Of a DNA stretch of 12,128 nucleotides, positions 6,876 to 12,128 are shown in pieces. The stretch is from Candidatus Eiseniibacteriota bacterium (GTDB lineage: Bacteria > Eisenbacteria > RBG-16-71-46 > JABDJR01 > JAWXBZ01). A program made the position numbers and the translations under genes. Below the pieces are notes generated by a model. The model saw nothing but the letters and a program-made list of their open reading frames with translations, searched no databases and was not told the origin of the DNA. How positions within the stretch are numbered: position 1 is the stretch's first letter; each line of letters starts with the position of its first letter. The DNA lies in contig JAWXBZ010000193.1 in NCBI GenBank assembly GCA_034440375.1, forward strand, positions 1 through 12,128, in the 5' to 3' direction.

Positions 6876-6951
6876 CATTTTTCGGCCCCTGAACGAATGA
6901 GTTGAACGAAATCTGGCCCGGTCGGCCATGGCAACCGGGAAAGGCAGCCCC

Positions 6952-8622
6952 ATGGAACAGGTCCGGACGGACATCCTCATACTGGGTAGCGGCATCGGGG
7001 GACTTACCCTGGCCCTGGAATGCTCCGGATGGGCCGATGTGGTCATTGTCACGAAGAAACACCGGTCCGAGTCGAACACCAACTATGCCCAGGGGGGGAT
7101 CGCCTCCGTCCTGGCAGCGGACGATTCGATCGACCTCCATATTCGGGACACCCTCGAGGCCGGGGACGGCCTGTGCCACGCTGACATCGTCGCGATGGTC
7201 GTTCGGGAGGGCCCGCCGCTCATCGAAAAGCTGCTGCAGCTGGGAGTGGCCTTTACGCGCGAGGACTCCGGCGCCCTGGAGCTCGGACGCGAGGGAGGCC
7301 ACTCACGCCGCCGGATCATCCATGCCGCCGACCAGACCGGTCGTGAGATCGAGCGCGCGCTCCTGTCGGCCGTGGCCGCACGGCCGAACATCCGACTCTT
7401 CGAGAATCACCTGGCCCTCGACCTCATTGTCGAATCCCGGCTCCTCGGCACCGGGCGTCCCGGTCCCGGAGGCGAGACCGCCTGGGGCGCCTATGTCCTG
7501 GATGAGGCCACGGGGCAGGTTGTGCCGTTCACCGCGGCGGTCACCGTCGTGGCCACCGGCGGCACCGGAAAGGTCTATCGGTACACCACCAATCCGGACA
7601 TCGCCACCGGGGACGGACTGGCCATGGGCTACCGGGCCGGCGCCACCGTCGGCAATCTGGAGTTTGTCCAGTTCCATCCGACCTGTCTTTTTCACCCGGA
7701 AGCGCGGTCGTTCCTGATTACCGAGGCGATGCGTGGAGAAGGGGGAATTCTCCGCACGCTGGACGGTGTCGCGTTCATGCCGGGCTATGATCCGCGGGCG
7801 GACCTGGCACCGCGCGACATTGTCGCCCGGGCAATTGACAACGAAATGAAATCGCGCGGCGAGACGCATGTTCTGCTCGATGCCACGCACCTGGGCGAAG
7901 CCCGTCTTCTGGAGCACTTCCCGAACATCATGGCCACCTGTCGTCGGCACGGGATCGATCCGGCCATCCAGCCAATTCCGGTCGTCCCAGCTGCCCACTA
8001 CATGTGCGGGGGGCTTGTGACCGATGGCGAGGCCCGAACGGACATCGTTCGGCTCCTGGCCGTCGGGGAGGTGGCCATGACGGGGCTCCATGGGGCCAAT
8101 CGGCTGGCATCCAACAGTCTGCTCGAGGCGCTTGTATTTGCCGGACGGGCGGCGATGACGGCCCGTGCCTTCCTGCCGGGCACCCGCGTACCGCGCCCGG
8201 TAGCCTGGGTGGCACCTCCGGGCACCGAGCGTAAGGAAAAGGTCATCGTCGACCACAACTGGGACGCCGTCCGCGGGGTCATGTGGGACTATGTCGGGAT
8301 TGTTCGCAGCAATGAACGGCTTCACTCGGCACTGGCCCGCCTGCGCCTGATTCGTGACGATGTCGAGTCATTCTACCGCCGCTTCCAGGTGGACGCGGAT
8401 CTGGCCGAATTGCGGAATATCACACTCGTGGCCGAATTGATCATTCGATCCGCCGCCGGCCGCCATGAGAGTCGTGGTCTTCACTATAATGTGGATTATC
8501 CGGCACGGGACGACGTTCGCTTTGCCCGTGATACGCTACTCTCGTCATCCTTGGGGCTGAAGCTCAGTGATCCGGTGGCATCGACCGTCGATGCCGGCCT
8601 GGCAGGAGGATTATCCGAATGA
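6952..8622 (+). CDS. nadB: L-aspartate oxidase
   Basis: Motifs ILGSGIGG (FAD binding), SNTNYAQGGIA, LGREGGHSRRRIIHAADQTG, ATGG, EFVQFHPT, LITEAMRGEG, LAPRDIVARAI, PAAHYMCGG, TGLHGANRLASNSLLE and ESRGLHY. It lacks the covalent-FAD His motif of SdhA/FrdA. ATG 6952 follows GGAAAGG; ATG 6928 is an alternative start. Confidence 0.96.
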   Translation: MEQVRTDILILGSGIGGLTLALECSGWADVVIVTKKHRSESNTNYAQGGIASVLAADDSIDLHIRDTLEAGDGLCHADIVAMVVREGPPLIEKLLQLGVAFTREDSGALELGREGGHSRRRIIHAADQTGREIERALLSAVAARPNIRLFENHLALDLIVESRLLGTGRPGPGGETAWGAYVLDEATGQVVPFTAAVTVVATGGTGKVYRYTTNPDIATGDGLAMGYRAGATVGNLEFVQFHPTCLFHPEARSFLITEAMRGEGGILRTLDGVAFMPGYDPRADLAPRDIVARAIDNEMKSRGETHVLLDATHLGEARLLEHFPNIMATCRRHGIDPAIQPIPVVPAAHYMCGGLVTDGEARTDIVRLLAVGEVAMTGLHGANRLASNSLLEALVFAGRAAMTARAFLPGTRVPRPVAWVAPPGTERKEKVIVDHNWDAVRGVMWDYVGIVRSNERLHSALARLRLIRDDVESFYRRFQVDADLAELRNITLVAELIIRSAAGRHESRGLHYNVDYPARDDVRFARDTLLSSSLGLKLSDPVASTVDAGLAGGLSE

Positions 8623-9050
8623 CGGAGCGCGAAGACGAAACGTCCCCGTCCGAAGAGGCACCGGCTCCCCCCATCCAGGAGGAGGTGGGTCTTGTCTTCG
8701 AGGTCGCGGTCGAGGCCATCCGCGCTGATGATGACCGCTACGCCATGGATGCCTACCAGTTCGTCCGGGAGGCACTTGATTGGCAGGTCTCCCGTCTGTC
8801 GGTGCGGCGCCATGTCAGCGGTCCGGAGTTGCTGGACGGCGCGCAGCGATTGGCCTTTGAACGGTTCGGGCCGATGGCGCGCACAGTTTTGAATCATTGG
8901 GGGCTGGTGGATGGGGAGGATGTCGGTCGCATCGTTTTCCAGTTGATCGACGCGGGAATCCTGAGCAAGACCGAGGACGACCGGTTGGATGATTTTGCCG
9001 GCGTCGTGCGGTTCGACGAAGTGTTCGAGGCCGGGTATCGTTGGCCATGA
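8619..9050 (+). CDS. Minf_1886-family conserved hypothetical protein (Verrucomicrobia/Planctomycetes-type)
   Basis: The pattern D.RY..DAY.FVREAL...RHVSG.ELL.G...LA..RFGPMA.TVL..WG....EDVG.IVF.LI..G.L.KTE.D...DF matches this family as I recall it. AGGAGG at 8604-8609 precedes the start, and the ATGA overlaps the nadB stop. Confidence 0.85.
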   Translation: MTEREDETSPSEEAPAPPIQEEVGLVFEVAVEAIRADDDRYAMDAYQFVREALDWQVSRLSVRRHVSGPELLDGAQRLAFERFGPMARTVLNHWGLVDGEDVGRIVFQLIDAGILSKTEDDRLDDFAGVVRFDEVFEAGYRWP

Positions 9051-9060
9051 GGGCTGCTTC

Positions 9061-9483
9061 ATGACATCGTGGGAGCGCGAGTGGCAGCACCTGCGTGACA
9101 TGATGGAGCATATGCTCCAGGATTCCACGCGAACGACCACGTCGGTCGGGATCGTCTGGCATCCGCCGACCGATGCATGGGAAACCGATCGGGAGTTCGT
9201 CATCCGGGTCGATGTGGCCGGCGTTCGGCGTGATGACCTGAAGGTCGTCATCCAGTCCGGCGAACTGCAAATTCGTGGCATCCGGCGAGACGCCGTGCCG
9301 CCCGGGAAAAAGCACTTCTACAAAATGGAGATCACGCTCGGACCGTTCGAGCGGCGGGTGCCCCTCCCAGGGGGCGCACGCTTTTCGGAGGTCCTGGCCA
9401 CCTATCGCGATGGCATCCTCGAAATCCGCTGCCAAAAAGCGCAAGGCGAAGTCCCGGGCGAAGTCCGAATCGACATCGTCTGA
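9061..9483 (+). CDS. Hsp20 / alpha-crystallin-domain small heat-shock protein (140 aa)
   Basis: Motifs W.PPTD..ET...FVIRVDVAGV..DDLKV, LQIRG.R, EI..G.FERRVPLP and [10 protein letters not shown], plus a C-terminal I-x-I motif (VRIDIV). ATG 9061 is 10 nt after the upstream stop, with GAGGG before it. Confidence 0.93.
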   Translation: MTSWEREWQHLRDMMEHMLQDSTRTTTSVGIVWHPPTDAWETDREFVIRVDVAGVRRDDLKVVIQSGELQIRGIRRDAVPPGKKHFYKMEITLGPFERRVPLPGGARFSEVLATYRDGILEIRCQKAQGEVPGEVRIDIV

Positions 9484-12031
9484 CGTTCCGGTCGAAGCCC
9501 GTCCGGGAAACGCCGCGTCCGATTCGTCGCATGGTCGGGAGCCGGTCATTCCGGAGATCGTGCCGGTATTCCAGCTGCGTGATCTCGTGGCGTTTCCATT
9601 CATGATGTTTCCGCTCGTCGCCACCGAACCGGGCGAGGTGGAGTTGGCGGACGAGGCGCTGGCCGGAAGCAAGATCATCGGTCTGTTTACCGAGATCGAC
9701 GAGGAAACAGTTCCAGTGCCCTCGGATCCAAATCCCCCCTCGATGCATCTGCCGTTCCACCGCGTGGGCACCGCGGCCATCATCCACAAAATGATCCGCC
9801 TGCCGGATGGCGGCATGCGCCTCCTGGTCCAGGGTGTCAGCCGAATTCGCATTCGGGAAATTGTTCAGTCCAAGCCGTTCTGGAAGGCGCGCATCGAACT
9901 CGTACCGGGCGTCGAGGCGGCGGGTCTTCGAACGGAAGCCCAGACCCGGAATCTCAAGGAACTATTTGCCCGGGTGATCGACGGATCAAACGCGATGCCC
10001 GATGAGCTCAAGGTGATCGCCCACAACATCGAGGAGGTCGACCGGCTGGTCGATTTTCTCTCGGCAAACCTGTCGATTCTGGCCCTGGCCAAGCAGGAAA
10101 TTCTCGAAACCCCGTCACTGGAGCGGCGGATCGAATTGGTCACGGGGCATCTGCATCACGAACTGAATCTCCAGGACATGCACAAGAAGATTCAGTCCGA
10201 GGTCCAGAGCGAAATCGACAAGTCGCAGCGGGATTTCATCCTGCGCCAGCAGATCAAGGCCATTCAGAAGGAGCTGGGGGAGGGGGACGAGGCCCCGACC
10301 GAAGTGATCGAGCTGGAAGCCCGCCTGAAGGCGGCCCTCCTGCCGTCCGTCGCGCTGGAGGCGGCCACGCGTGAGCTCGACCGGCTCAAGCGGATGTCGC
10401 CGGGGGCCTCGGAGTACAGCGTTGCCCGAACTTACATCGACTGGATCCTGTCGATTCCGTGGACGGCGCCGGTCCGGAAATCGATCGACCTGGCCCGCGC
10501 CGAGCGGATTCTGAATGAAGACCACTACGACCTGGAGCGGGTGAAGGAACGGATTCTCGAGTACCTTGCCGTTCGAAAATTGAAGGAAAAAGCCCGTTCG
10601 CCGATTCTCTGCCTGGTTGGGCCGCCGGGAGTCGGGAAGACCTCACTGGGCAAATCGATCGCCCGGGCGTTGGATCGACCGTTCGTCCGGCTCTCGCTGG
10701 GCGGCGTGCAGGATGAAGCGGAGATTCGGGGCCATCGCCGAACGTACGTTGGCGCCATGCCCGGCCGAATCGTGACCGGACTTGTTCAGGCCAAAGCCCT
10801 CGATCCGGTTTTTGTTCTCGACGAAATCGACAAGGTGGGGTTGTCGTACCGGGGCGATCCAACCTCGGCCCTGCTGGAGGTTCTCGACCCGGAACAGAAC
10901 GAGGCATTCAGCGACAATTACCTGAACATTCCGATTGACCTGTCGCAGGTCATCTTCATCACCACGGCCAATATGCTCGATACCATTCCGCCACCGCTGC
11001 GCGACCGGATGGAGATCATTGATATTGACGGCTACGCCTCGCAGGACAAGCTTTTCATCGCCAGGCACTTTCTGGTGCCGCGGGCGGTGGAGGACAACGG
11101 GCTATCGAAGGGCCAGATTCAATTCACCGACTCGGGCCTGAAGCGGATCATCCAGGGGTACACCATGGAAGCCGGCGTCCGGAATCTCGAACGGGAAATC
11201 TCGCGGGTGGCCCGAAAGGTGGCCACCAAGGTTGCCAGGCGGAAGACGCGGCCGGTCACGGTTACCGCCGCCCGCGTGCCGGACTACCTGGGGCCGGAAC
11301 CATTCTTCGAGGAGCGGAGCGGCCGTAAGGACGCGATTGGCGTGGCGACCGGCATGGCCTGGACCCCGGTCGGCGGCACCATCCTGTTTGTCGAGGCCAC
11401 GCGGATGCCGGGGAGCCGGAACCTGACATTGACCGGTCAGCTGGGCGAGGTCATGCGCGAGTCGGCGATCGCGGCGCTCTCGTACCTCCGCACACACGCC
11501 GCGCACTACGGCATTGACGAGGAGGATTTCACCCAGAACGACCTTCATATCCACGTGCCGGCCGGGGCAATGCCCAAGGACGGCCCCTCGGCGGGTGTGG
11601 CCATGTTCACGGCGCTGACCTCGCTCTTCACGGGCCTTCCGGTGCGTCGTGATACGGCCATGACGGGCGAACTGACACTGCGCGGCCAGATCCTGCCAAT
11701 CGGTGGTGTCCGGCAGAAGGTCCTCGGCGCTCACCGGGCCGGCATCAAACGGATCATTCTTCCCCGATCCAATGCCCGTGACCTGGATGATGTCTCTCCG
11801 GAAGTACGCCGGGCCCTGACCTTCATCCTTGTCGAGGAACTGGACGAGGCTCTCTGCGCGGCCTTCTCGACACCCGTCGGGAAGCGTCCGAAGCCAAAGG
11901 GAAAGCGGCCGATCCGTGATGGTGTGAACGGGTCGCCAGTATTGGAGTGTGAGCCCGAAGACAAGAAGGCGACCCGGAGTACCAACGGACGCCCGCGTCG
12001 GGCCGCGGCGCCGCGGCGCGCGCGGCGTTGA
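9410..12031 (+). CDS. lon: ATP-dependent protease La (LonA type); start uncertain
   Basis: N-domain motifs ([17 protein letters not shown]), [18 protein letters not shown], Walker [25 protein letters not shown], Walker B VLDEIDK, catalytic Ser in PKDGPSAG and catalytic Lys in IGGVRQK. ATG 9410 is the last in-frame ATG before the N-domain; GTG 9560 is an alternative. Confidence 0.97.
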   Translation: MASSKSAAKKRKAKSRAKSESTSSDVPVEARPGNAASDSSHGREPVIPEIVPVFQLRDLVAFPFMMFPLVATEPGEVELADEALAGSKIIGLFTEIDEETVPVPSDPNPPSMHLPFHRVGTAAIIHKMIRLPDGGMRLLVQGVSRIRIREIVQSKPFWKARIELVPGVEAAGLRTEAQTRNLKELFARVIDGSNAMPDELKVIAHNIEEVDRLVDFLSANLSILALAKQEILETPSLERRIELVTGHLHHELNLQDMHKKIQSEVQSEIDKSQRDFILRQQIKAIQKELGEGDEAPTEVIELEARLKAALLPSVALEAATRELDRLKRMSPGASEYSVARTYIDWILSIPWTAPVRKSIDLARAERILNEDHYDLERVKERILEYLAVRKLKEKARSPILCLVGPPGVGKTSLGKSIARALDRPFVRLSLGGVQDEAEIRGHRRTYVGAMPGRIVTGLVQAKALDPVFVLDEIDKVGLSYRGDPTSALLEVLDPEQNEAFSDNYLNIPIDLSQVIFITTANMLDTIPPPLRDRMEIIDIDGYASQDKLFIARHFLVPRAVEDNGLSKGQIQFTDSGLKRIIQGYTMEAGVRNLEREISRVARKVATKVARRKTRPVTVTAARVPDYLGPEPFFEERSGRKDAIGVATGMAWTPVGGTILFVEATRMPGSRNLTLTGQLGEVMRESAIAALSYLRTHAAHYGIDEEDFTQNDLHIHVPAGAMPKDGPSAGVAMFTALTSLFTGLPVRRDTAMTGELTLRGQILPIGGVRQKVLGAHRAGIKRIILPRSNARDLDDVSPEVRRALTFILVEELDEALCAAFSTPVGKRPKPKGKRPIRDGVNGSPVLECEPEDKKATRSTNGRPRRAAAPRRARR

Positions 12032-12128
12032 CCGGCCGGCGGGGCAGCCGACCGGTCCAGTCACCGGATGTCACCGGCGTGGCGCTGGTCCGCTTCGGAT
12101 CACTGGGCGACGTCATCCTGACCACCGC
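12028..12128 (+). CDS. Glycosyltransferase family 9 (LPS heptosyltransferase-like), 3'-partial
   Basis: Not in the ORF track. TTG 12028 is in a TTGA overlap with the lon stop and reads [33 protein letters not shown], matching the GT9 N-terminal motif (xLVIRxSxLGDVxLTTP). The frame is open to the window edge. Confidence 0.8.
   Translation, partial: MTGRRGSRPVQSPDVTGVALVRFGSLGDVILTT

Noticed and set aside
6891..6907. GAAC...GAAC as a LexA (SOS) box
   Set aside because: The spacing is N9, matching neither the alphaproteobacterial GAAC-N7-GAAC nor the Gram-positive GAAC-N4-GTTC box.
6622..7302. 430-aa version of the minus-strand lipoprotein ORF
   Set aside because: The extension crosses the promoter region and is antisense to nadB. 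The SD, signal peptide and lipobox all point to ATG 6621.
6952..8622. Alternative call as succinate dehydrogenase or fumarate reductase flavoprotein
   Set aside because: It has NadB-type SNTNYAQGGIA and EGGHSRRRIIH motifs, no covalent-FAD histidine motif and no adjacent Fe-S or membrane-anchor subunits.
9275..9409. Lon start at 9275 (918 aa)
   Set aside because: It would overlap about half of hsp20, and the added sequence is an unremarkable alternate-frame translation with no SD.
7303..12064. Long antisense ORFs (7303-8325, 8496-9281, 8815-9852, 11102-12064 and similar ones across the window)
   Set aside because: They lie opposite well-conserved genes, have no recognisable motifs or start signals, and are the expected shadow ORFs of GC-rich coding DNA.
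1..12128. CRISPR arrays, tRNA/rRNA, riboswitches, IS elements, toxin-antitoxin or anti-phage genes, CIRCE heat-shock operator
   Set aside because: I found no regularly spaced repeats, RNA-gene signatures, transposase or integrase motifs or matching operators by eye. Nearly all of the sequence is explained by the listed genes.

Overview
This is GC-rich (roughly two-thirds G+C) chromosomal DNA from a diderm, LPS-making bacterium, and most of it is housekeeping genes. The left half (+ strand) is a lipid A/Kdo operon: a 5'-truncated Gfo/Idh/MocA oxidoreductase (GnnA-like), lpxB, a DUF374/LpxJ-like acyltransferase, waaA, a lower-GC orphan gene for a probably secreted protein, and lpxK. Converging on lpxK is a minus-strand lipoprotein gene of unknown function with a strong SD, a UUCG-loop intrinsic terminator and a near-consensus sigma-54 (-24/-12) promoter with candidate upstream activator sites. 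The right half (+ strand) is a tightly coupled run: nadB, a Minf_1886-family protein, an Hsp20/alpha-crystallin protein, lon (probably overlapping hsp20 by 74 nt, with basic tails at both ends), and the first 33 codons of a GT9 heptosyltransferase-like gene missing from the ORF track. I saw no RNA genes, CRISPR arrays, transposases or defence systems. The best candidates for undescribed biology are the Minf_1886-Hsp20-Lon module, the sigma-54 lipoprotein unit and the orphan inside the lipid A operon. All three are hypotheses, not demonstrated systems. All calls come from motif recognition by eye; no database searches were run.
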